A DNA stretch of 64,000 nucleotides from an uncultured bacterium (GCA_963707655.1 OY970172.1:160001-224000), one strand, 5' to 3'; shown: positions 50,632 through 60,183, numbered from the stretch's first letter. Notes: generated by a model from the sequence alone, not told the origin. Program-made: numbers and translations.

Positions 50632-52086
50632 ATGGCTACTCTTGCTTTTGCAACAATCAAAGAACTCAAAGATAAATTGGAAAAAAAAGAGATATCTTCT
50701 TCTGATCTTCTTGCCCATTCCATTGAACGATTTAAAAAATATGATGTACAATTAGGCTCCGCTTTGGAAGTTTTTGAGCATCAATCAATTCTTAATAAAT
50801 CGAGCAACAAAGGGAACCTTGCGGGTATTCCCGGTCTTGTTAAAGATAATATTGCCCAAGAGGGGCGCGCACTCTCATGCGCTTCAAAAATTTTGTCTAA
50901 TTTTACCTCAACATATGACGCTACAGCAATTGCCCGTCTGAAAAATGAGGGAGCGTTGCTCGTTGGTCGCGCCAACATGGATGAATTTGCCATGGGTAGC
51001 TCTACCGAGACCTCAGCATATTTCAAAACAAAAAATCCATGGGATGCGCAGAGAGTTCCCGGCGGTTCAAGTGGTGGCTCTATAGCAGCAGTTGCCGCTG
51101 GCTTGGTGCCATTCGCCTTGGGTTCCGATACCGGTGGTTCGGTAAGGCAGCCCGCAGCCTTTTGTGGTATCGTTGGGCTTAAGCCAACATATGGTTTGGT
51201 TTCTCGATATGGCTTGGTTGCTTATGGTTCATCTCTTGACCAAATTGGGGTTGCCACCCGTTCTGTGTACGACGCTGCATTAGTTTTATCTGCAATGGCG
51301 GGACAAGATATTAAAGATTCATCAACACTTGCCGCTGAAAAAAAAGATTACACTGACAAGCTCGATGGCAAAATGCCTTCAAAATTGGTCATTGGTGTAG
51401 TGGAAAACGCCGTGAATGCAACGGGAATGGACGAAGAAGTTAAAGCATTGGTTGAGAATGCAATTGTGCAATTGGAAAAATTAGGCGCAACTATCAAACG
51501 TATTACCATACCAAGCATGGATTATAGTGCGGCAGCTTATTTTATTATCAGTCGCGCTGAAGCCGCTTCAAATCTTGCTCGTTTTGATGGAGTGCGCTAT
51601 GGCATGCGTGATAAAAATGCTGCCACATTGGGCCAAATGTATAGCAACACACGTCATGACGGTTTTGGACCTGAAGTAAAAAGCAGAATTTTAATTGGCA
51701 ATTACGTGCTCTCTGCCGGACATGCCGGTGCTTTCTATGAAAAAGCGCGCAATGTACAACGTATGATCCGTCATGAATTTATGGAAGCATTTAAAGACAT
51801 TGATCTTTTAGTCATGCCAACACAACCGGCTCCCGCTTTTGAATTCGGGGCGTTTGATGTAGATAAATTGCAAATGGATTTGCAGGATTATTTTACCTGT
51901 CCCATTAACTTAGCTGGTATTCCTGCGCTTTCAGTTCCCTGTGGTTTCACCAAAAAAGAATCTTTGCCTATTGGTTTTCAATTGGTTGGGCCTCACTTGT
52001 CAGAGGAATTGTTATGCCAGGTAGCACACGCATATGAGCTTTCACAGCCGTGGGCAACAACTCATCCCAAAGCATTTGTAGAGTAA
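50632..52086 (+). CDS. gatA: Asp/Glu-tRNA amidotransferase subunit A
   Basis: KDN, NMDEFAMGSSTE, PGGSSGGS, GSDTGGSVRQPA, EAASNLARFDGVRYG. Confidence 0.98.
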   Translation: MATLAFATIKELKDKLEKKEISSSDLLAHSIERFKKYDVQLGSALEVFEHQSILNKSSNKGNLAGIPGLVKDNIAQEGRALSCASKILSNFTSTYDATAIARLKNEGALLVGRANMDEFAMGSSTETSAYFKTKNPWDAQRVPGGSSGGSIAAVAAGLVPFALGSDTGGSVRQPAAFCGIVGLKPTYGLVSRYGLVAYGSSLDQIGVATRSVYDAALVLSAMAGQDIKDSSTLAAEKKDYTDKLDGKMPSKLVIGVVENAVNATGMDEEVKALVENAIVQLEKLGATIKRITIPSMDYSAAAYFIISRAEAASNLARFDGVRYGMRDKNAATLGQMYSNTRHDGFGPEVKSRILIGNYVLSAGHAGAFYEKARNVQRMIRHEFMEAFKDIDLLVMPTQPAPAFEFGAFDVDKLQMDLQDYFTCPINLAGIPALSVPCGFTKKESLPIGFQLVGPHLSEELLCQVAHAYELSQPWATTHPKAFVE

Positions 52087-52100
52087 GCTATTTAAAAATT

Positions 52101-52133
52101 AAAGAGGCTCGGGATTCCCGGGCCTCTTTTTTT
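52101..52133. terminator. Bidirectional terminator
   Basis: AAAGAGGCTCGGG-ATT-CCCGGGCCTCTTTTTTT. Confidence 0.88.
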
Positions 52134-52158
52134 ATAGTAAACGTTGCTTATATGCTAT

Positions 52159-52488
52159 TTAATTTCCCTTGGGAAAAAAGTAAAAGCCATTGGAATTAGT
52201 TCTTTCGAAAAATTCGGCGGCTGTGAAAGATAACTCGCCGGTATATCCGATGAAGGGTATATGGTAATTCTCTCGGTTTACCGGTGTATGGTGTTTCTCG
52301 TTTATCAGCACTAAGATCTCAGCAAGGGTAGTTTTCTTGGTTATATCTATATCATACGTTGCGGTAGGATCAAACGTTCCGGTATCATTTTTTTGTGCTA
52401 CAAATACTTTAATTATTTTGTGTTGTTCTTCCGCTCCACGAGCCATAGAAAAGCTTGCCAATAAGCAGAGTGCAATCGCTTTAATCAT
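52159..52488 (-). CDS. Secreted small protein, ubiquitin-like pattern (copy 3)
   Basis: Signal + AEE; IKVFV..YDIDITKKTTLAEILVLINEKHHTPVN. Confidence 0.7.
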   Translation of the reverse strand: MIKAIALCLLASFSMARGAEEQHKIIKVFVAQKNDTGTFDPTATYDIDITKKTTLAEILVLINEKHHTPVNRENYHIPFIGYTGELSFTAAEFFERTNSNGFYFFPKGN

Positions 52489-52520
52489 ATCAATTCCCTC
52501 TTTAATAACGATTTTCTATG

Positions 52521-52868
52521 TTATTTAATTGGCTTGGGGAAGAACCCAATGATATCACCCTGAGCTGCGTTAAAAAAATCTTTGACCGTTGCGACCCTCG
52601 TTAGATTGCAGGGTGCTTTTATAATGCTTTCACCGGTATCTCTCACAGCACTTATGCAATATTCGGTTGAATTTAGAGTGTAATTGTGTGCGCTATTCAA
52701 TACCGTTACGAGCTCATCTATGGTACTCTCGCGGGCCATAGTTATCTCAAATAGTTGGTTAAAGCCATTGTTCTGTTGTACAAATACTTTAATTGGTTTT
52801 TGTGCTTCTTCAGCGGCATGAGCCATAAAAAAGCTCGCCAATAAGCAGAGTGTCAATTTTTTAATCAT
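52521..52868 (-). CDS. Secreted small protein, ubiquitin-like pattern (copy 2)
   Basis: Signal + AAEE; IKVFVQQNNG..FEITMARESTIDELVTVL. Confidence 0.7.
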   Translation of the reverse strand: MIKKLTLCLLASFFMAHAAEEAQKPIKVFVQQNNGFNQLFEITMARESTIDELVTVLNSAHNYTLNSTEYCISAVRDTGESIIKAPCNLTRVATVKDFFNAAQGDIIGFFPKPIK

Positions 52869-52878
52869 ATCAATTCTT

Positions 52879-53238
52879 TCATTTTAAGGACTTATGCCAG
52901 AACGCAATAACATTACTATTAGTTTTTCTCAAAACGTCTACCACTGTGTGGGAGGCGAGCGGCGCTGCCGATAGAGTAGGATTGCCTTGATTAAGTTTTG
53001 TACCGTCATTTAATAGCGTGGTTATGAAGTACTCATTGTTGTTTACGGGGCACTTATGGGTATTATTCAATAATGTTTCGAGCTCGATTATTGTAGTGTT
53101 GTTCGTTATATTGAGAGCAAGGGTTTTGACTGTCTTTGTTTTTGTGTACACCAATACTTGAATTTTTTGTGGGGATTCTTCAGCAGCATGAGCTACAAAA
53201 AAAATTACTAACAAGCACAGGGGCATTATTTTAATCAT
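52879..53238 (-). CDS. Secreted small protein, ubiquitin-like pattern (copy 1)
   Basis: Signal + AAEE; IQVLVYTKTKTVKTLALNITNNTTIIELETLLNNTHKCPVN. Confidence 0.7.
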   Translation of the reverse strand: MIKIMPLCLLVIFFVAHAAEESPQKIQVLVYTKTKTVKTLALNITNNTTIIELETLLNNTHKCPVNNNEYFITTLLNDGTKLNQGNPTLSAAPLASHTVVDVLRKTNSNVIAFWHKSLK

Positions 53239-53319
53239 ACCAATTCCTTATATCACGTTGTGTATCAATAGATAATTTAACTAAAGCTATTGTACGGTGA
53301 TTTGTTTAAATGGCAATGA

Positions 53320-53397
53320 TTATTGTGTCGAGTTGCTCATGCTTATGGGCTTTCACAGCCATGGTCTACCAAATCGCCATTTGCTTTCCATGAGTAA
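53320..53397 (+). repeat. Displaced, diverged copy of gatA 3' end (matches 52009-52086)
   Basis: Encodes LLCRVAHAYGLSQPWSTKSPFAFHE* versus GatA LLCQVAHAYELSQPWATTHPKAFVE*. Confidence 0.92.
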
Positions 53398-53496
53398 TAA
53401 AAAACAGCTTTTTTATTTTTACTTGAAAAGAAAAATACACCTTCAGTACACTGTAGTGTGTGGGGCAAGCTTAGGCTTTTGAGCCGGGGTGAGGGT

Positions 53497-54357
53497 ATGT
53501 GGTCGAAAAAAAAAGATCTGATTTACATAATATTTTTCTTTCTGTCATCTGTAAGCATAATAGAAGGCGAGATGCAAAATTCTTGCGTTAAAAAAGGTCT
53601 TGGCTACAAAGAAATTCGTTACCGGCGGGTGCAGGCAGGAAAAAATAAAGATCCTTATATTTTTGCCGACATTTTTAAAGACATTTTTTATTTAAACTAT
53701 AATCTTCTGAGCGTTGATACGTTTAAAGTATTTGTTGGCGTGTTTCCTTTTTATATCGCCGCGCGCATGATTGAGACTCCGTTGCAGAGTAATTTTTATT
53801 GTGGGCAGCATCACAAAAACCTTAAGCAGATGCCTTGGTGGTGTGATGGCGCCGCCCGTTTTGGCTTGGCGCTCCCTTTGGTTGGCTTGGGCAGTCTTGC
53901 TTTTTTTGCACATGATGAAGAGATTCGGCAGACGAGTTGGGCATTTATTTTGGGTATGCCATTTCTGATTTTTGGTAATAAAATAACTAAACGATTTACT
54001 TTTGATGGCTGTGAGCGGCCGTGGCATGAAAAATTCAGTTGCACTAAACGCGCTTGCGGCGGGTTTCCTTCCGGTCATATGGCTGAAGTAACGTATATGG
54101 CCGCCTTATATGGCTCTCGTTTTGGCTACAAATGGGGGATTCCATTGGGTGTTTACGGTGCTTTTGTCGGGGTAAATTTTTTGGTCAGCAATCGCCATTA
54201 TCTTTCACAATTGGTCGGCGGTGTTGGCTGGGGATTAATGTACACCTATGCGGCAAACAAATTGATTGATAGCAAGATGAATAAATATAATATGCGGCTC
54301 TCTATGACCAATGATTTTCGCGGGGCGCCTGCAATGCGTCTTGCTTGTTCTTTCTAA
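53497..54357 (+). CDS. PAP2 family phosphatase
   Basis: K......RP, FPSGH, NRHYLSQ..GG; hydrophobic helices. Confidence 0.82.
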   Translation: MWSKKKDLIYIIFFFLSSVSIIEGEMQNSCVKKGLGYKEIRYRRVQAGKNKDPYIFADIFKDIFYLNYNLLSVDTFKVFVGVFPFYIAARMIETPLQSNFYCGQHHKNLKQMPWWCDGAARFGLALPLVGLGSLAFFAHDEEIRQTSWAFILGMPFLIFGNKITKRFTFDGCERPWHEKFSCTKRACGGFPSGHMAEVTYMAALYGSRFGYKWGIPLGVYGAFVGVNFLVSNRHYLSQLVGGVGWGLMYTYAANKLIDSKMNKYNMRLSMTNDFRGAPAMRLACSF

Positions 54358-54374
54358 GTTCACCTATTTTTCCT

Positions 54375-54402
54375 TTGACCTCTTTATAAAACACTTTACA
54401 AT
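54375..54402 (+). promoter_or_regulatory. Putative sigma70 promoter
   Basis: TTGACC-16 nt-TACAAT upstream of the PRTase gene. Confidence 0.45.
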
Positions 54403-54452
54403 AGATCAATCATTCACCGTAATATTAACTTATATAAGAAGGTTGGTTTATC

Positions 54453-55007
54453 ATGAATAAAACAATTAATAAGGTGGTATTGAATATGGTTACTATGGCA
54501 ACAATCTCTTCAGCACTTTGTTCTGCAGTGTCAGGCGATGAGGTCAAGAAGCATTATGTTGACTGGCAAGAAGTAGAAAAGCTATGCGACACCGTTTATG
54601 AAATAATAAAGCAGGATGACTTTGAGCCCGATCTTATTATAGGTCTTTCTCGTGGTGGATTGATACCACTTGGCTATTTGGCCAATGAAAAAATGTTTGA
54701 TATACGTGACACGCTTTCTATTGCCGTGCGATCATACGATAAAACCAAGCAAGGAAGCATCACCTTGCGTTTACCGGTGCATACAGAAGATTTGCAGCGA
54801 TACAAGTCAATATTGATTGTAGACGATCTTATTGATTCGGGTAAGACTATAGCATTTGTTATGAATTTGTTAAAACAAGACCTTCCCGATGCCATTATCA
54901 AAAGTGCTGTTTTGTTTTACAAACCCGCTTCTGCTTCTGTGAAGCCAGATTATTACGCACAGGAAACGACTGATTGGATAGTGTTCCCCTGGGAAGCTGC
55001 GCAATAA
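54453..55007 (+). CDS. Purine phosphoribosyltransferase (type I PRTase, Gpt-like) with N-terminal extension
   Basis: GLSRGGLIP, ILIVDDLIDSGKT, PDYY, WIVFPWE. Confidence 0.88.
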   Translation: MNKTINKVVLNMVTMATISSALCSAVSGDEVKKHYVDWQEVEKLCDTVYEIIKQDDFEPDLIIGLSRGGLIPLGYLANEKMFDIRDTLSIAVRSYDKTKQGSITLRLPVHTEDLQRYKSILIVDDLIDSGKTIAFVMNLLKQDLPDAIIKSAVLFYKPASASVKPDYYAQETTDWIVFPWEAAQ

Positions 55008-55096
55008 ATCTCATTTTTATTCTCTTGTATATAGTGTTATCTGACTGATTATTGTATAGTTACTTATAGTTTCTATAGCGTTGAACATTGAGGATC

Positions 55097-55915
55097 ATGA
55101 TGTCTTATTTGTTACTCATTGCCAGTCTTGCGTGCGCATTGGTCATTTATTTTGTTGCCAAGCGTCCTCTTGTGAGCATTGGTGTGTTTCTTCTGGGTAC
55201 CGCTCTGGCTGTTTATTGGATACCCAGCCATTGTGAAAAAGATGTACACACGATTACTGTCGGTGTTTCGGCAAACTTTCCTCCCTTTACCTCTTTTGAC
55301 ATTAAAAATAATCAAATAGTTGGTTTTGATATTGATTTAATCAATGAAATAGGAAAGCGTCTTGATAAAAAAATTGTGCTTCAAAATATGCGTTTCACTG
55401 CGCTTTTGCCCGCCTTGCAATTGGGTGGTATACAGGCAATTTGTTCCGGTTTAACCGCGACTCCCGAGCGAGCTAAGCATGTCTTGTTTACCACGCCATA
55501 TTTGGAAGGTAATGCGCTTATTATCGTAAGCCGCTTGTCAGAGCCACTCACTACTGTTGCCGATTTGCATGACAAAGAAGTAATCGTTAATGAAGGGTAC
55601 ACAGCAGATTTATATTTATCAAAAATACCCGGGCTGCACGTAAGACGGCTCAAATCAGTAGCAGAAGCATTTTTGGCGTTGGACAGCGGCCGCGCTGCTG
55701 CATTTGTAACGGCGCAAAATACGGTGCAATCATTCTTTGCGAAAAATGGATCAGCGGATTATCATATTGCGGTAATACCCGATACTGATGAAAATGCCTC
55801 TATTGCCGTATCGCCAAAATGTCCTGCATTGTTAGCCGAGATTCAAAAGGCATTGGATACCATGATGCAAGACGGTTCTCTTGAAACTCTGAAAAAGAAA
55901 TGGAAAATAGAATGA
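55097..55915 (+). CDS. Polar amino acid ABC transporter substrate-binding protein
   Basis: ANFPPF, VGFDIDL, TPERAK..LFT.PY, DGSL..L.KKW; two N-terminal TM helices. Confidence 0.9.
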   Translation: MMSYLLLIASLACALVIYFVAKRPLVSIGVFLLGTALAVYWIPSHCEKDVHTITVGVSANFPPFTSFDIKNNQIVGFDIDLINEIGKRLDKKIVLQNMRFTALLPALQLGGIQAICSGLTATPERAKHVLFTTPYLEGNALIIVSRLSEPLTTVADLHDKEVIVNEGYTADLYLSKIPGLHVRRLKSVAEAFLALDSGRAAAFVTAQNTVQSFFAKNGSADYHIAVIPDTDENASIAVSPKCPALLAEIQKALDTMMQDGSLETLKKKWKIE

Positions 55916-56568
55916 TAAATCTTTTATTGCTCAAACAATCTTTTTTTGCTTTGCTCTCTGGCGCTGTTGTTGCCTTAGAGATTGCAGCGCTTGCTTTAAT
56001 TATTGGTATTATCGGCGGCACACTTTTGGCGCTGATGCTTTTGTATGGTAACAGGCTGGTGCGTATTATTGGGCATATCTATATCACTATTATTCGCGGT
56101 ACCCCAATGTTGATACAGATGATCACGTTATTTTTTATTTTTCCGCTCATTGGTATTACTTTTTCACCCTTTTGGTCAGCAGTGGTGGCAATTGGACTCA
56201 ATAGTATTGCCTATGTGAGTCAGATTGTTCGCGGCGGTATTCAAGCAGTGGGTATCGGGCAGACTGAGGCGGCAAAGACATTGGGATTTTCACCGTTACA
56301 AATTATTAAATTAATTGTCTTGCCGCAGGCGTTTAGAGCAATATTTCCTGCCTTGGGCAATGAATGTGTGATGTTAATTAAAGATTCAAGTTTGGCTTCG
56401 GTAATAGGCGTAGCAGAATTGACTCATCAAGGAGAAATGATTACGAGCATAACCTACGATGCGTTGACGGTGTATGCCGGTGTTGCGCTGATGTATCTGG
56501 TGATGACTTCAATTGTATCTGTGCTTTTACACATCGTGGAACAGAGGTTGGTATATGTTAAAAATTAA
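55912..56568 (+). CDS. Amino acid ABC transporter permease
   Basis: IRGTPML.Q, GQTEAA..LG, LPQA, LIKDSSLAS. Confidence 0.93.
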   Translation: MINLLLLKQSFFALLSGAVVALEIAALALIIGIIGGTLLALMLLYGNRLVRIIGHIYITIIRGTPMLIQMITLFFIFPLIGITFSPFWSAVVAIGLNSIAYVSQIVRGGIQAVGIGQTEAAKTLGFSPLQIIKLIVLPQAFRAIFPALGNECVMLIKDSSLASVIGVAELTHQGEMITSITYDALTVYAGVALMYLVMTSIVSVLLHIVEQRLVYVKN

Positions 56569-57286
56569 AAATATTACCAAGATTGTTAAAGACAAAATAA
56601 TCGTTAACAATCTTTCACTGCAGATTGATTATGGAGAGATTGCCGTACTGCTTGGCTCCTCGGGCGTTGGTAAATCAACCTTGCTGCGTATACTCAATAA
56701 CCTTGAAACAATAGATAACGGGATTGTTGAGCTGGATGGCAAAAAACTTGATTTAGCTCAAGTGAATAAAAATCATACCGTTGGGATTGTGTTTCAACAG
56801 TTTAATTTATTTGAGCATCTCACGGTTGAGCAGAATATAACGCTGGCACTTGAAGTAGTGGCAAAGAAAACTAAACAGGAAGCACATGCTATTGCCATGG
56901 CATTGTTAAAAAGATATGAGCTGCTTGATAAAGCAGATCGCATGATCTCACAGCTTTCTGGCGGTCAAAAGCAACGATTGGCTATTGCGCGTACTCTTGC
57001 GCTCAAGCCGACTATTGTGTGCCTTGATGAGCCTACTTCAGCATTGGATCCGTTATTGACAACCTATGTTGCGGATAACATTACAGAATTGGCAGAGCAA
57101 AAATATATTGTGCTTGTTGCCACGCATGATACCAGTTTGCTTGAAAAGTTGAATTGCACTATTCATCTCATGCGCAATGGCTCTATTGTTGAATCGGCAA
57201 AATCGCCTGATTTTTTTGCCAACAAAAGCAGATATCCTTTGATAGCTTCTTTTGTGCAGGGTAATCATAAAACAGTTTTGGATTAA
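56555..57286 (+). CDS. Amino acid ABC transporter ATP-binding protein
   Basis: GSSGVGKST, VFQQFNLF, LSGGQKQR, DEPTSALDP. Confidence 0.93.
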   Translation: MLKIKNITKIVKDKIIVNNLSLQIDYGEIAVLLGSSGVGKSTLLRILNNLETIDNGIVELDGKKLDLAQVNKNHTVGIVFQQFNLFEHLTVEQNITLALEVVAKKTKQEAHAIAMALLKRYELLDKADRMISQLSGGQKQRLAIARTLALKPTIVCLDEPTSALDPLLTTYVADNITELAEQKYIVLVATHDTSLLEKLNCTIHLMRNGSIVESAKSPDFFANKSRYPLIASFVQGNHKTVLD

Positions 57287-58068
57287 ATAAAATCCAATCT
57301 TTTTTTCAAGTTGCGCATGCCAAGAGTAAAGCAGGTCAGTGAGTAAAAAGTGATTGCTAGTAAACATATATAGAAATTTATATAGCCGCTTTGACCTAAA
57401 ACTGCTGCGCGCATTGCTTCAGTGATATATATCATGGGATTTAGTATGTTTATGTACGCAAGGAGGGGGATCGCTTTATAAAGCGCCAGCCAAGAGAATT
57501 GAAAGCCTCCCATGAACCACATGGGAAAAATAAAACGTGACCATATGCTTCCCAATTTGCTCATATTCGCAATAATGCTTGCGGCCCACAGCACAAAGCA
57601 GGCATAAAAAATGCACTGAAAAATTACTATGACCAAAAATTTAAAGTAATTAATTTGGGTGAGATCAAGCTGGTTCCATAGGCAGATTTTCCCCAGTGGG
57701 AACATTAAGAGAGTTAGGGTTACATAGATGATAAAATAATAGGCAGCTTTGCTTATTATTGCCATCCATGACGGAATAGGCAGAGTGAGATTATAATTAA
57801 TAATGCGATCCCCTTCAAAATCAGAAACAAGTTCAATGGCACTTGTATACAATTCAAAAAGGCCGGCGGCCGCGATGATGCCGCATAATTGAAATACCCC
57901 AAAATCATGCGTCAATCCAAAAAAAGGCATTACATAGCCGGTAACAATAATGGTCAGTACGACCCATATAGAAATATCGATTAATTTATTAAAAAAAGTC
58001 TGTTTAAAAACTGCAAGATCAGCTCGTATTAGTTCTTTACATACGTGTAAATAAAACATTTTATTCAT
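57283..58068 (-). CDS. ABC-2 type exporter permease
   Basis: Six TM helices, NPMIYITEAMRA. Confidence 0.85.
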   Translation of the reverse strand: MNKMFYLHVCKELIRADLAVFKQTFFNKLIDISIWVVLTIIVTGYVMPFFGLTHDFGVFQLCGIIAAAGLFELYTSAIELVSDFEGDRIINYNLTLPIPSWMAIISKAAYYFIIYVTLTLLMFPLGKICLWNQLDLTQINYFKFLVIVIFQCIFYACFVLWAASIIANMSKLGSIWSRFIFPMWFMGGFQFSWLALYKAIPLLAYINILNPMIYITEAMRAAVLGQSGYINFYICLLAITFYSLTCFTLGMRNLKKRLDFI

Positions 58069-58086
58069 AGGGTGCCTTCAATGCTC

Positions 58087-58824
58087 TTAATTGTGTTCTG
58101 TCTTGAGTAATTCAAGAAAGACATCTTCAAGATTTTTCTGTTTAAAATCGGCCATTAATTTATCAGGTGTATCGATAAGTTTTATGTGTCCTTTATCCAA
58201 AATACAGACACGGTCTGAAAGTTTTTCTGCTTCGTCTAGATAATGGGTGGTAAGCAGCACAGTAATGCCATCGTTTTTTAAATTTTTTATCATCTCCCAT
58301 ACATTTCTTCTGATATGAGGGTCAAGCCCAACAGTGGGCTCGTCAAAGATGATAAATTCCGGTTTGTGAATGAGGCTGCGTGCAATCATAAAGCGTTGTT
58401 GGTAACCGCCGGAAAGCACGGCCGCTTTTTGGGGTAGATATTTTTCCAGCTCAAATTGTTGCACAAGCTGTGTGATGCGTATTTTAATTTCATGCTCGGG
58501 CACGCCATAAAATTTGCCAGCAAAAAAGAGATTTTCTTCTAAAGTGAGCATTGGATTTAAATTTGGTTTTTGTGGACAATAGCCCAAACGCAATCTAAAG
58601 GCAGGAATGTCAGTATAGATTGATGCTCCCTGGTATTCGATATCCCCGTCGGTAGCCGGGTGCAGCGTAGCTATGATTGAAGAGAGAGTTGTCTTCCCTG
58701 CGCCATTAACACCAAGAAGGCTTACAATCTCGCCCTGATAGATATCAAGGTTAATGTCTTTTAAAACAACTGAATCACCATACGTTTTTTTAATATTTTT
58801 GATGCGCAATAAGGTATTTTGCAT
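58087..58824 (-). CDS. ABC-2 type exporter ATP-binding protein
   Basis: GVNGAGKTT, LSGGYQQR, DEPTVGLDP, TTHYLDEAE. Confidence 0.93.
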   Translation of the reverse strand: MQNTLLRIKNIKKTYGDSVVLKDINLDIYQGEIVSLLGVNGAGKTTLSSIIATLHPATDGDIEYQGASIYTDIPAFRLRLGYCPQKPNLNPMLTLEENLFFAGKFYGVPEHEIKIRITQLVQQFELEKYLPQKAAVLSGGYQQRFMIARSLIHKPEFIIFDEPTVGLDPHIRRNVWEMIKNLKNDGITVLLTTHYLDEAEKLSDRVCILDKGHIKLIDTPDKLMADFKQKNLEDVFLELLKTEHN

Positions 58825-58887
58825 AGGAAGTCCAATGTTTTTTTGCGATAATTTGTTTGTAATAACCAGTATATTTCAACATTCCTT

Positions 58888-59457
58888 TTATTCAATATTT
58901 TCATCATGAGGCTGTAATTGTTTTTCATAGCGTATGCCGTTTCGGGTCAGGAGTGGCAGTGATTCGTTTAAAGATCGAACAAAATTCTCAGATTCATAAA
59001 GCTTTCTCGCGGCTTCATTTTTATCATTAACATCAAGCTCAACGCGAGTAATTTCGGGCCACTGTTCTTTAATAGTTTCTTCTGCGTTGTGCAATAAGGC
59101 TCTTGCATAGCCCTTTCTTCGGTGGCTTTGCGCAATAGCCAATCCTTGAATTTTTGCCTTCATTGATTCAAGGTACAACTCTTTTTCTTGAAAAAAAACG
59201 ATGAATCCTACAACCGTTTGATCCTCATCTATGATTATTTTTTTAATTTTTGATTGATCGTGCAAACAATCAATCATTATTGATTCTGCACAGCCGCTAA
59301 GCGGGCGTATGGTGCTTCCCACAAAAAGCTGCTGTGAGCTTGCAAGGGCAATAGTGATAATCTGTTCTTTGTGTGATTCATCATAATCGACAATTACGGG
59401 CGTCTCAGCGCAAAAAACAGCGGATATTAACAATAGACTTGATACTAGAGCTTTCAT
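58888..59457 (-). CDS. GNAT acetyltransferase with signal peptide
   Basis: LAI..SHRRKGYARALL, L.V...NEAARKLYE; N-terminus MKALVSSLLLISAVFCA. Confidence 0.88.
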   Translation of the reverse strand: MKALVSSLLLISAVFCAETPVIVDYDESHKEQIITIALASSQQLFVGSTIRPLSGCAESIMIDCLHDQSKIKKIIIDEDQTVVGFIVFFQEKELYLESMKAKIQGLAIAQSHRRKGYARALLHNAEETIKEQWPEITRVELDVNDKNEAARKLYESENFVRSLNESLPLLTRNGIRYEKQLQPHDENIE

Positions 59458-59697
59458 AAGAATCTTCCCCACAAATAATAGTATTTTTCCCCTATTGTTT
59501 ACGGTACCATATTATCTCTTGCGGAGTCCATGCATGAGTGAGCTATCAAGTGTGAAAAAGTGTAAAAGAGCAATAAAAAACATTGCCTGATGTTCAATGG
59601 ATAATGCACGTTATTCATACTGATAATCAACAAGAAACTACCTTAACTGCTGATATGTTTGAAGATTTTAATAGTGCATATAAAGGATCATACTTTA

Positions 59698-60183
59698 ATG
59701 GAACTTCTGTATAACCCTCAAAGAGCTGACTATAAAAAGAGTAATTCTACGCAATGCCCTTTTTGCAATAAGTTTAATTTGTCTGATGATAAAAAATATG
59801 AACATTTAATAGTAAAAACAACAGACCACAGCATAATCATGCTTAATATGTTTCCGTATAATCCCGGACATCTCTTGGTAATGCCCAAGGCTCATATAAG
59901 CGATATATCACAGTTATCAGAAGAATCACGAAATGACCTCTTCGCACTACTCGTTATTGCAATGCAGGCAGCTAAAAATGTTATGCATACTGAAGATATG
60001 AATGTTGGGATAAATATGGGTAAAACATCGGGAGGATCAGTACAATCGCATGTTCATATCCATATAGTTCCTCGCTTCATAGGTGATACAAATTTTCTCG
60101 CGGTGATCGCTGAAACCAAAGTAGTAACAAAAGATATAAGAACTATATACGATCTGTATAAAGAATATTTTAATGGTCTCTAG
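59698..60183 (+). CDS. HIT family hydrolase (Ap4A phosphorylase/FHIT-like)
   Basis: CPFC, LNMFPYNPGHLLV.P, HVHIHIVPR..GDTNF. Confidence 0.92.
   Translation: MELLYNPQRADYKKSNSTQCPFCNKFNLSDDKKYEHLIVKTTDHSIIMLNMFPYNPGHLLVMPKAHISDISQLSEESRNDLFALLVIAMQAAKNVMHTEDMNVGINMGKTSGGSVQSHVHIHIVPRFIGDTNFLAVIAETKVVTKDIRTIYDLYKEYFNGL

Noticed and set aside
53297..53482. 61-aa ORF from the track
   Set aside because: Out-of-frame shadow over the gatA tail relic and a promoter region
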